From Escherichia coli (GTDB lineage Bacteria; Pseudomonadota; Gammaproteobacteria; Enterobacterales; Enterobacteriaceae), in the NCBI RefSeq assembly GCF_050320075.1, contig NZ_CP190018.1: a stretch of DNA of 64,000 nucleotides; one strand, given 5' to 3'. The notes beneath the pieces were generated by a model that saw nothing but the letters and a program-made list of their open reading frames with translations, had not been told where the DNA came from and did not search any database. Within the stretch, counting starts at the first letter, position 1. Each line of letters begins with the position of its first letter. This document shows positions 23,430 to 32,354 of the stretch, in pieces. Position numbers and translations under genes: made by a program.

Positions 23430-24803
23430 TTACTTGAGTGATGACATGCCGCCGCCCAGCGACTGCCAGAGCGTGATTCGGTTTGTAAAATCAGTCAGTT
23501 GTAGTGCCAGCAGCGCCTGCTGTGCGCTCCACAAGCTGCGCTGCGCCGTCAACACGGTCAGGTAATCACCAACACCCGCCTGATAGCGACGCAAGCCAAC
23601 ATCGACCGTTTGTTGCTCAGCTTTAACATACTGGCGCTGTGCATCCAGTTGCTCTTCAAGCGTGGTCCGCCGCGCCAGTGCGTTAGCGACATCTTTAAAT
23701 GCGCTCTGAACGGTTTTTTCATAGGTGGCAATGAGTCCACGCTTTTGTGCTTCTGCGTAACGAAGCTGCGCCAGATTACTTCCGCCAGTGAACAGCGGTA
23801 ATGTGACCGATGGCGTAAATGACCAGATCTGCATTCCGTGGCTGAACAACGACGACAATGCTTCACTGCCAACACCAGCGCTGGCAGTCAGCGAAATCGT
23901 CGGAAAAAAGTTAGCCCGCGCCGCGCCAATATCGGCATTGGCGCTCTTCAAATTATGTTCCGCTTCCTGGATATCCGGGCGACGCAGCAGAACGTCAGAT
24001 GACACTCCCGCAGGAACCAGACTTATCATCTGTTCCGGCAGGCTTTCCAGTGTTCCCGGTAGCAAATTTTCCTCAAGCGTTGTACCTGCCAGTAAGTTCA
24101 GCGCATTTTTATCCTGCATCACGTGTGTCTGATAGCTGGCAACGCTGGCGCGCGCTTGCTGATAAACACTCATCGCCTCACTGACATCTGTCGCTGCCGC
24201 CGTGCCAACCTGTTGCTGGCGCTGGATAATTTTCAATGAGTTTTCTGCACTGGCCATCGTTTCTTTTGCCAGGGCCAGGTTGCTGTTATCAGCCGCCAGT
24301 GTCAGCCAGGCGGTGCTGATTTCAGCAATCAGCGTTAAACGAGTGTTCTGGGCTGTAAATTCACTGGCAAGCCAGGTTTCCCGCGCCGCCCGAGATAAAC
24401 TCTGATTACGACCAAACAGATCTAACGTAAAACTGGACACCGTGCCGTCAGCCTCGGCAGTGGTTTCCGTACCATTCGCCAGCGAACGACTGCGGGTTGA
24501 ACTTAAGGCCGCATTCACCGTCGGGAATAACGACGCATTAGTTTGCCCATAGAGCGCCCGTGCTGAGTCAATATCAGCAATCGCTTTTTGCACATCGCGG
24601 TTACTGTTCAGTGCAATAGTCACCACCTGCTGCAATCGGGGATCGTGGATCACCTGCTGCCAGTCATGGCTGATTGCCTTTCCCTGGCCCTGTGCTCCCG
24701 GCAAGGTCGCCGGGATTGGGGATTCAGGCGTGCTGTAGTGGGGCTCGAGCGAGACACATCCCGCACTCAACAGCACCAGAAAAATAAGAGAACGACGCAA
24801 CAT
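23430..24803 (-). CDS. Outer-membrane efflux lipoprotein, OprM/NodT (TolC-superfamily) type
   Basis: 457 aa; lipoprotein signal with lipobox (MLRRSLIFLVLLSAGC); length and composition typical of OprM-type outer-membrane factors; begins 3 nt after the RND stop. Confidence 0.8.
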   Translation of the reverse strand: MLRRSLIFLVLLSAGCVSLEPHYSTPESPIPATLPGAQGQGKAISHDWQQVIHDPRLQQVVTIALNSNRDVQKAIADIDSARALYGQTNASLFPTVNAALSSTRSRSLANGTETTAEADGTVSSFTLDLFGRNQSLSRAARETWLASEFTAQNTRLTLIAEISTAWLTLAADNSNLALAKETMASAENSLKIIQRQQQVGTAAATDVSEAMSVYQQARASVASYQTHVMQDKNALNLLAGTTLEENLLPGTLESLPEQMISLVPAGVSSDVLLRRPDIQEAEHNLKSANADIGAARANFFPTISLTASAGVGSEALSSLFSHGMQIWSFTPSVTLPLFTGGSNLAQLRYAEAQKRGLIATYEKTVQSAFKDVANALARRTTLEEQLDAQRQYVKAEQQTVDVGLRRYQAGVGDYLTVLTAQRSLWSAQQALLALQLTDFTNRITLWQSLGGGMSSLK

Positions 24804-24806
24804 AAC

Positions 24807-27800
24807 TTACTCCTGACGGCGCGGTTTACCGGCAAACAAACGTTTCACCAGTACAAAAAACAGAGGAACAAAGAAAATAGCCAGCAACGTAGCGGTCAGC
24901 GTACCGCCAATAATGCCCGTACCAATGGCGATGCGGCTGTTCGCCCCTGCGCCGGTTGCTATCGCCAGCGGCATTACCCCCGCAATAAACGCCAGCGAGG
25001 TCATGATGATTGGGCGTAAACGAGTCTGCGCCGCGCGTAATGCCGCACGACTCAAGGAATAGCCCTCTGCAACCGCCGCTTCAGCAAATTCCACAATCAG
25101 AATGGCGTTTTTCGACGACAAGCCGATAGTGGTTAATAGCGCCACCTGGAAGTAAACATCGTTGTTTAAATCACGCATCCAGGCCGCCAGCGCCGCGCCA
25201 AGAAGCCCCAGAGGGATCACCAGAATGACCGAGAACGGGACTGACCAGCTTTCGTACAGTGCTGCAAGGCAGAGGAAAACCACCAGAATAGAAACTGCAT
25301 ACAGACTCAATGCCTGACCGCTGGCCAGTTTCTCCTGCAATGACAAACCACTCCAGGCCCAGGTTGTTCCCGCAGGAAGACTGTTTGCCAGTTCCTCCAT
25401 TTTTGTCATTGCATCGCCGGAACTAAAGCCAGTCGCATTTTCCCCCTGAATTTCATAGGCTGCAGAACCGTTGTAGCGCACCAGTCTTTCCGGTCCATAC
25501 AGCCAGCGGGTGGTTGCAAAAGCAGAGAATGGTGTCATGGCGTTATCGCTACCGCGCACAAACCATTTACCTAAGTCTGACGGCGTGGAACGAAATTCAC
25601 TGTCGCCCTGAATGTAGACTTTTTTCACACGACCACGGTCAATAAAGTCATTCACATAAGTACCGCCCCACGCACTGGACAGGGTGTCGGTGACATCATT
25701 CAAACTCAACCCTAATGACACCGCTTTATTACTATCAATATCTACCTGCAATTGCGGCATTTGTGGCAAATCATTGGCACGCACAGAATGTAACTCCGGA
25801 CTTTGATTCGCTTTTTCTATCAACTGATTACGCATTTGCAGTAGTGTTTCGCGATCGGTTCCACCGTTAGCTAACAATTCAAACGTAAAACCATTGCTTT
25901 GCCCCAGCCCATCAACGGCTGGCGGCGTCATCGCAAATACCGTGGCATCACGAATTGTGCCCAGCTCTTTGGTTGCCCGTAGGGCGATAGCCTGGGCGGT
26001 GTTTTCTGCCCCTTTACGTTGAGACCAGTTTTTCAACGAAACAAACGCCATCCCGGTGTTCTGTCCGCTGCCGCTAAAACTGAAACCATCAACGGTAAAA
26101 ATGACATCGGTATTTGCTTTCTCATTAATCAGGAACCAGTCAACAATCTGGCGATTCACTTCTGCTGTACGGGCAGCGGTCGCCCCGGCCGGCAGCGTGT
26201 ACTGCACCATGATTTCGCCCTGGTCTTCAGTGGGTAAGAAACTGCCCGGCAGTTTCCACATCATCAGGGCCATTCCACCACCCAGTACGACATAAAGCCC
26301 CATCGTTCGAGCAGCACGGCGCAGGACATAAATTACGCCTCGCTGATATTTATCTTCAGTACGGCGGTAAAAGCGGTTAAATGCGCCGAAAAAGCCTTTT
26401 TTATGTGGCGGAACATGCTGGAGGACGGAACCGCACAGGGCGGGAGTCAAGGTCAATGCCACTACCACGGAAAGCAGCATTGCGGAGATAATGGTTATCG
26501 AAAACTGACGATAAATTACCCCCGTAGATCCCCCAAAGAAGGCCATAGGCAGGAATACGGCTGACAACACCAGCGCAATGGCAACCAGTGCGCCAGAAAT
26601 CTCGCCCATTGATTTTTCCGTGGCTTCACGCGCGGGCAACCCTTCGTCACGCATAATACGTTCGACGTTCTCCACCACCACAATGGCATCGTCCACCAGC
26701 AAGCCGATCGCCAGCACCATTGCAAACAACGTCAGGGTATTAATCGAATAGCCAAACAACGCAAGAACGCCGAATGTGCCCAGCAAAACGACGGGGACAG
26801 CTAACGCCGGAATCAGTGTGGCACGCAGGTTTTGCAGGAATAAATACATCACGCAAACCACCAATACGATGGCTTCAAACAGCGTCTGAATTACGTCCTC
26901 TACAGAGATTTTAATAAATTCAGTGCTGTCTTTCGGGTATGCGATGTCGTATCCCTGCGGCATGTTCCGCTGGAATTCGGCAATCTTATCCTTGACCAGC
27001 GTCGCCGTATTCAGCGCATTCGCACCGGGCGAAAGCATTACAGCAACCCCGGCAGACGGGTGACCGTTAAGTTTGCCGATAGCGGTATAATCTTCACTGC
27101 CCATCTCAACGCGAGCCACATCTTTTATACGAACAACTGCGCCGTCTGACTGGCTTTTCACGATAATATTTTTGAACTGATCCACCGTCTGCAAGCGAGA
27201 CTGCGCACGTACCGTTGCGGTCAGTTGCTGAGTATTCGGTGAAGGCAATGCCCCTATTTTCCCGGCAGTAACCTGCACGTTTTGCGCTTCAATAGCACTT
27301 TGCACGTCTGAAGGCATTAGCGAGTAAGACGCCAGTTTGGCCGGGTCAAGCCAGATGCGCATAGCGTATTCCGCGCCAAAGACTTGCAGACTCCCCACAC
27401 CTTCAACACGCGCCAGCGGATCCTGAACGTTACTAACCAACCAGTCGGCGATATCCGAACTGGAGGCTTTGTCAGTGGTGTCATACACGGCAGCAATCAG
27501 CAAAAAGTTGCTTTGTGATTTCTCCACCGTAACACCCGTTTGCTGCACTTCGCTGGGTAGACGCGACTCCGCCTGCTGAATTTTATTCTGCACCTGAACC
27601 TGTGCAGTATCTGGATCGGTACCTTGTTCAAAGGTCACATTAATACTGACCGAACCATCAGAGCTGCTGGTTGAGCTGAAATAGAGTAAATTATCAAGCC
27701 CAGTGAGTTGTTGCTCGATAACCTGAGTCACGCTGTTCTCCAGCGTTTCGGCAGAAGCACCAGTATAAGTGGCTGAAATTTTAATGGTCGGTGGCGCAAC

Positions 27801-27914
27801 GTCAGGATATTGCGCGACGGGCAATGTGCGAATAGCCAGAATCCCCGCCAACATAATCAAAATGGCGATAACCCAGGCAAAGACCGGGCGGCGAACAAAA
27901 AAGCGCGAAAACAT
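24807..27914 (-). CDS. RND multidrug efflux permease, HAE1 family (AcrB/MexB-like paralog)
   Basis: 1035 aa; long blocks recognisably similar to AcrB (e.g. AVPVVLLGTFGVLALFGYSINTLT…LLVDDAIVVVENVERIM…; …LYESWSVPFSVILVIPLGLLGAALAA…); start overlaps the MFP stop by 1 nt. Confidence 0.9.
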   Translation of the reverse strand: MFSRFFVRRPVFAWVIAILIMLAGILAIRTLPVAQYPDVAPPTIKISATYTGASAETLENSVTQVIEQQLTGLDNLLYFSSTSSSDGSVSINVTFEQGTDPDTAQVQVQNKIQQAESRLPSEVQQTGVTVEKSQSNFLLIAAVYDTTDKASSSDIADWLVSNVQDPLARVEGVGSLQVFGAEYAMRIWLDPAKLASYSLMPSDVQSAIEAQNVQVTAGKIGALPSPNTQQLTATVRAQSRLQTVDQFKNIIVKSQSDGAVVRIKDVARVEMGSEDYTAIGKLNGHPSAGVAVMLSPGANALNTATLVKDKIAEFQRNMPQGYDIAYPKDSTEFIKISVEDVIQTLFEAIVLVVCVMYLFLQNLRATLIPALAVPVVLLGTFGVLALFGYSINTLTLFAMVLAIGLLVDDAIVVVENVERIMRDEGLPAREATEKSMGEISGALVAIALVLSAVFLPMAFFGGSTGVIYRQFSITIISAMLLSVVVALTLTPALCGSVLQHVPPHKKGFFGAFNRFYRRTEDKYQRGVIYVLRRAARTMGLYVVLGGGMALMMWKLPGSFLPTEDQGEIMVQYTLPAGATAARTAEVNRQIVDWFLINEKANTDVIFTVDGFSFSGSGQNTGMAFVSLKNWSQRKGAENTAQAIALRATKELGTIRDATVFAMTPPAVDGLGQSNGFTFELLANGGTDRETLLQMRNQLIEKANQSPELHSVRANDLPQMPQLQVDIDSNKAVSLGLSLNDVTDTLSSAWGGTYVNDFIDRGRVKKVYIQGDSEFRSTPSDLGKWFVRGSDNAMTPFSAFATTRWLYGPERLVRYNGSAAYEIQGENATGFSSGDAMTKMEELANSLPAGTTWAWSGLSLQEKLASGQALSLYAVSILVVFLCLAALYESWSVPFSVILVIPLGLLGAALAAWMRDLNNDVYFQVALLTTIGLSSKNAILIVEFAEAAVAEGYSLSRAALRAAQTRLRPIIMTSLAFIAGVMPLAIATGAGANSRIAIGTGIIGGTLTATLLAIFFVPLFFVLVKRLFAGKPRRQE

Positions 27915-29035
27915 CAGGCGTTGCCTCCATTAGCCTGAACTTCAACAGCCTTGACGGTCTGCCCTGAAGTGACTTTGGCAGAACCTTCAACAATCAGTCG
28001 GTCGCCGTTGTGCAGGCCGTTCAGCACCAGCCATTTATCACCATACGTTTCTCCCGTTTCGAGCGTTCGCTGCTCTACTTTATTGTCTTTATTCACCACC
28101 AGCGCAGTTGCATTGCCTTTAGCATCGCGCGTGACGCCCTGTTGCGGCGCGAGAATAGCGTCTTCCATCACGCCTTCATCGACACGAGCGCGAACAAACA
28201 TTCCCGGTAATAACTGCTGTTGTGGATTGGGGAAAATCGCCCGTAATGTCACCGAACCGGTAGACTCATCTACAGCGACTTCGGTGAGTTCCAGACGCCC
28301 TTTTTCGCTGTAGGTTGTGCCATCTTCCAGAATAAGTGAGACGCTCATGGTGTCACTGTTGGTCGCCAGTGACTGTTTACGCAGACGTAATAAATCGACA
28401 CTGGAGCGAGTGAGGTCGACATACATTGTATCCAGACCACGAACAGTCGTTAACGCTGTATCTTGCGACGCGGTCACCAGTGCGCCAGGGGTTACCGACG
28501 AAATGCCAATGCGCCCTGAAATCGGTGCGGTTACCGTGGTCCAGTCAAGATTAATGCGCGCAGTTTCCAGTGCGGCTTTTTTCGCCTCTACACTGGCTTT
28601 ATCTTGTGCACAGGTAGACTGAGCATCATCAGCATCCTGTTGTGAAACACCGTTCTCTTTCACCAGTCGGGCATAACGCTGCGCTTTCTGGCAATCGGCT
28701 TTTACCAGTGCCTGTGCTTGTTGTAATGCTGCCCGAGCTTCATTCCATGCAGCCTGATAACTGGCCGCATCAATCTGGTAGAGCGGCTGTCCAGCCTTGA
28801 CCAGATCACCTTCCTTAAATAAGCGTTTCTGGATAATTCCCCCAACCTGCGGACGTACTTCAGCACTGAGCGCAGCACTGGTGCGTCCGGTTAATTCACT
28901 GACTACCGAAACCGGTTGAGATTTGACTGTAACAACGCCGACTTCTGTTTCTGACGGGGATGAATTGTTACTTTGCGTATTATCACAACCCGATAAGAGC
29001 AGCATTGCCACTACAGATGTTGCTATATACTTCAT
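27914..29035 (-). CDS. Periplasmic adaptor (membrane-fusion protein) of the RND pump, AcrA/MexA-like lipoprotein
   Basis: Track ORF extends to 29068; the in-frame ATG at 29035 gives MKYIATSVVAMLLLSGCDN… (lipoprotein signal) with ggag 7–10 nt upstream. Confidence 0.8.
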   Translation of the reverse strand: MKYIATSVVAMLLLSGCDNTQSNNSSPSETEVGVVTVKSQPVSVVSELTGRTSAALSAEVRPQVGGIIQKRLFKEGDLVKAGQPLYQIDAASYQAAWNEARAALQQAQALVKADCQKAQRYARLVKENGVSQQDADDAQSTCAQDKASVEAKKAALETARINLDWTTVTAPISGRIGISSVTPGALVTASQDTALTTVRGLDTMYVDLTRSSVDLLRLRKQSLATNSDTMSVSLILEDGTTYSEKGRLELTEVAVDESTGSVTLRAIFPNPQQQLLPGMFVRARVDEGVMEDAILAPQQGVTRDAKGNATALVVNKDNKVEQRTLETGETYGDKWLVLNGLHNGDRLIVEGSAKVTSGQTVKAVEVQANGGNA

Positions 29036-29183
29036 TATTTTCTCCAGGGTGAGAAATACCCTCCTCATTAAAATTAATGAGGATATGTCAGGGATATTCA
29101 GTTATAACGAACCCGCATCGCGAAATGAATTTCGCAATGAAATAAGGGGGATTAATATCCCCCGCTATTGGTTAATTCTGTTC

Positions 29184-29750
29184 TTATTTATTTATCAACA
29201 TACTAACAATATCCTGATATATTTCCTGCAGATGTTGTGGATCGCTTTTTTGCGGTGTTAAACGACGATAAACCGTACCTTCCATCATGGTAGCAAACAC
29301 TTCAACGCAGCAACGAATGTGCTCGTCGCTAAGATGGGGATGCATTCTTTTCATATGTGCACAACCGTTAGCGAACATTCTGGCGTCAGCTTCTTCAAGC
29401 ATTGCCATAACCCGCGGGTTGCGTGTGGCTTCTGCAGCCACTTCCAGCATCAGCGCGTCGTCGTCCTCATTTAAGGATTTACGCAAGGCAAGGACTTCCG
29501 GGAAGTGATCGGTACGCGCGTCAATGTCCATTTGGGCAATACGAAAGTCGATGATACGGCGAACCATCTCTTCAATAATGGCATCTTTGTTGGCGAAGTA
29601 ACGATATATCTGACCCACGCTAAGCTGAGCTTCGCTGGCAATTTGCGACATACTGGCGGCATGAAACCCGCAGCGACGAAAACACCGACGGGCGGCGTTA
29701 ATGATTTCATCCTGACGCTGTTTGTGGCGTATCTCCAGTTTGCTGGTCAT
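29184..29750 (-). CDS. TetR/AcrR-family transcriptional regulator
   Basis: Track ORF extends to 29849; the in-frame ATG at 29750 (MTSKLEIRHKQRQDEIINAARRCFRRCGFHAASMSQIASEAQLSVGQIYRYFANKDAI…) places the TetR HTH signature near the N-terminus, ~188 aa. Start choice is an inference. Confidence 0.7.
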   Translation of the reverse strand: MTSKLEIRHKQRQDEIINAARRCFRRCGFHAASMSQIASEAQLSVGQIYRYFANKDAIIEEMVRRIIDFRIAQMDIDARTDHFPEVLALRKSLNEDDDALMLEVAAEATRNPRVMAMLEEADARMFANGCAHMKRMHPHLSDEHIRCCVEVFATMMEGTVYRRLTPQKSDPQHLQEIYQDIVSMLINK

Positions 29751-30227
29751 TTCTGTCTCCTGGCCTATCACTTGGTGAGAATGATCGTTCTCATTTTTGC
29801 TGATTATACGTTTCTCCAAAGTAATGGAAAGTATTTTTATCTTATTCATGGTGCATATTCTGATAATGAAGAGATTGTGGAGATTCTGTGAAGATAGTTG
29901 ACAATATTAAGTTGGGGTCAATTCATCAGAAAGGCTGCTACTTGTTGTCGCCAGTTCTGTTTTCATCATCAAACTTATCGGAGCTAATACGAATAGTTTC
30001 AGAGTCAGATTCTATAAGATATTCCCCCAACCTACCCCTTGCAGGCGTCAAGAGTAGATAACGCAAAATGCTCTGTACCTCAGCTTCTCTCCGGTACAGA
30101 AAGCGCAACTATAGCCACCCACAGCCAGGTTGATTATAATAACCGTTTATCTGTTCGTACTGTTTACTAAAACGACGAATCGCCTGATTTTCAGGCACAA
30201 CAAGCATCAACAATAAGGATTAAAGCT

Positions 30228-31016
30228 ATGGGTTTTCTTTCCGGTAAGCGCATTCTGGTAACCGGTGTTGCCAGCAAACTGTCCATCGCCTACGGTATCG
30301 CTCAGGCGATGCACCGCGAAGGAGCTGAACTGGCATTCACCTACCAGAACGACAAACTGAAAGGCCGCGTAGAAGAATTTGCCGCTCAATTGGGTTCTGA
30401 CATCGTTCTGCAGTGCGATGTTGCAGAAGATGCCAGCATCGACACCATGTTCGCTGAACTGGCGAAAGTTTGGCCGAAATTTGACGGTTTCGTACACTCT
30501 ATTGGTTTTGCACCTGGCGATCAACTGGATGGTGACTATGTTAATGCCGTTACCCGTGAAGGCTTCAAAATTGCCCACGACATCAGCTCCTACAGCTTCG
30601 TTGCAATGGCAAAAGCTTGCCGCTCCATGCTGAATCCGGGTTCTGCCCTGCTGACCCTTTCCTACCTTGGCGCTGAGCGCGCTATCCCGAACTACAACGT
30701 TATGGGTCTGGCAAAAGCGTCTCTGGAAGCAAACGTGCGCTATATGGCGAACGCGATGGGTCCGGAAGGTGTGCGTGTTAACGCCATCTCTGCGGGTCCG
30801 ATCCGTACTCTGGCGGCTTCCGGTATCAAAGACTTCCGCAAAATGCTGGCTCATTGCGAAGCCGTTACCCCGATTCGCCGTACCGTTACCATTGAAGATG
30901 TGGGTAACTCTGCGGCATTCCTGTGCTCCGATCTCTCTGCCGGTATCTCCGGTGAAGTGGTCCACGTTGACGGCGGTTTCAGCATCGCTGCAATGAACGA
31001 ACTCGAACTGAAATAA
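30228..31016 (+). CDS. fabI: Enoyl-[acyl-carrier-protein] reductase (NADH), FabI
   Basis: 262 aa, [51 protein letters not shown]…; SDR fold. Confidence 0.95.
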   Translation: MGFLSGKRILVTGVASKLSIAYGIAQAMHREGAELAFTYQNDKLKGRVEEFAAQLGSDIVLQCDVAEDASIDTMFAELAKVWPKFDGFVHSIGFAPGDQLDGDYVNAVTREGFKIAHDISSYSFVAMAKACRSMLNPGSALLTLSYLGAERAIPNYNVMGLAKASLEANVRYMANAMGPEGVRVNAISAGPIRTLAASGIKDFRKMLAHCEAVTPIRRTVTIEDVGNSAAFLCSDLSAGISGEVVHVDGGFSIAAMNELELK

Positions 31017-31159
31017 TCGTTCTGTTGGTCAAGACGGGCGGCGTTCTGCCGCCCGTTATCTCTGTTATACCTTTCTGATATTTGTTATCGCCGATCCGTC
31101 TTTCTCCCCTTCCCGCCTTGCGTCAGGATAACGATTTCCTTTACGACCAAGGAGCGCCC

Positions 31160-32287
31160 ATGGAACAACGCCACATCACCGGCAAAAGCCACTGGTATCA
31201 TGAAACGCAATCCAGTACTGCGGAATATGACGTTCTGCCTCTGGTCCCGGAAGCCGCAAAGGTCAGCGATCCCTTTCTGCTCGACGTGATCCTTGATGAA
31301 GAAACGCTGGCCCCCTTCCTTTCATGGCTGGTCCCTGCGCGCGTTCTTGCAGTGGAGTTGTTCCCTGACCCGCTTACCGTGACCCGTTCACAGACCTTCA
31401 CCGCTTATGAACGCTTGTCGACGGCCCTGACGGTTGCTCAGGTTTGCGGCGTCCAACGGTTATGTAACTACTATTCGGCGCGACTTACGCCGCTCCCCGG
31501 GCCTGATTCCTCCAGGGAAAGTAATCATCGGTTGGCACAAATCACGCAATATGCCCGCCAACTGGCTAGCTCGCCTTCTATTATCGACAACCGATCGCGC
31601 CAGCATCTGAATGACGTCGGTCTTACTGTCTGGGACTGTGTGATCATTAATCAAATCATTGGTTTTATTGGCTTTCAGGCGCGGACCATTGCGACATTTC
31701 AGGCTTATCTCGGGCATCCGGTACGCTGGTTACCCGGTCTGGAGATACAAAACTATGCCGACGCGTCACTGTTTGCTGATGAATCAATACGCTGGCGAAG
31801 CAGCTATGAGGTGGAAAAACTACCTGAAGAGTACACAAAAAGTTCAACTACAGAACTTTGCCAACTGGCCGAAACACTCTCTCTCCACCCTATTTCACTT
31901 TCCCTTCTCGAAAAGTTGTTAAACAGCACACGGGTTAATACACAGCCGGATAATCAGCTTGCGGCGTTGATATGCGCGCGGATAAATGGCAGTCCTGCTT
32001 GTTTTGCCGCCTGTATGGATTCATCAAATGAATATAAAAAAATCAGCCCCCTTCTGCGCAAGGGCGAAAATGAAATTAACCAATGGGCTGACCGTCATTC
32101 TGTTGAGCGCGCTACCGTTCAGGCGATACAATGGCTGACCCGAGCACCCGATCGCTTTAGCGCCGCCCAGTTCAGCCCTTTACTCGAACACGAAAAATCA
32201 TCAACGCAGATTATTAATCTGCTGGTATGGAGCGGGCTGTGTGGCTGGATAAATCGCTTAGAAATCGCGTTGGGTGAGACATATTAA
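31160..32287 (+). CDS. yciW: Putative peroxidase-related/oxidoreductase YciW
   Basis: In-frame ATG at 31160 preceded by aaggag gives 375 aa as in K-12 YciW; synteny between fabI and rnb. Confidence 0.8.
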   Translation: MEQRHITGKSHWYHETQSSTAEYDVLPLVPEAAKVSDPFLLDVILDEETLAPFLSWLVPARVLAVELFPDPLTVTRSQTFTAYERLSTALTVAQVCGVQRLCNYYSARLTPLPGPDSSRESNHRLAQITQYARQLASSPSIIDNRSRQHLNDVGLTVWDCVIINQIIGFIGFQARTIATFQAYLGHPVRWLPGLEIQNYADASLFADESIRWRSSYEVEKLPEEYTKSSTTELCQLAETLSLHPISLSLLEKLLNSTRVNTQPDNQLAALICARINGSPACFAACMDSSNEYKKISPLLRKGENEINQWADRHSVERATVQAIQWLTRAPDRFSAAQFSPLLEHEKSSTQIINLLVWSGLCGWINRLEIALGETY

Positions 32288-32354
32288 CCTTGCCGCGTCA
32301 GACAGATTCGCGTAAAACTGTCAGCCGCTCTAATGGCCACCAAAATAGACAATT

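Noticed and set aside
30207-30965. 252-aa ORF on the minus strand
   Set aside because: Antisense to fabI over its whole length; His/Arg/Gly-rich composition typical of reverse-frame artefacts.
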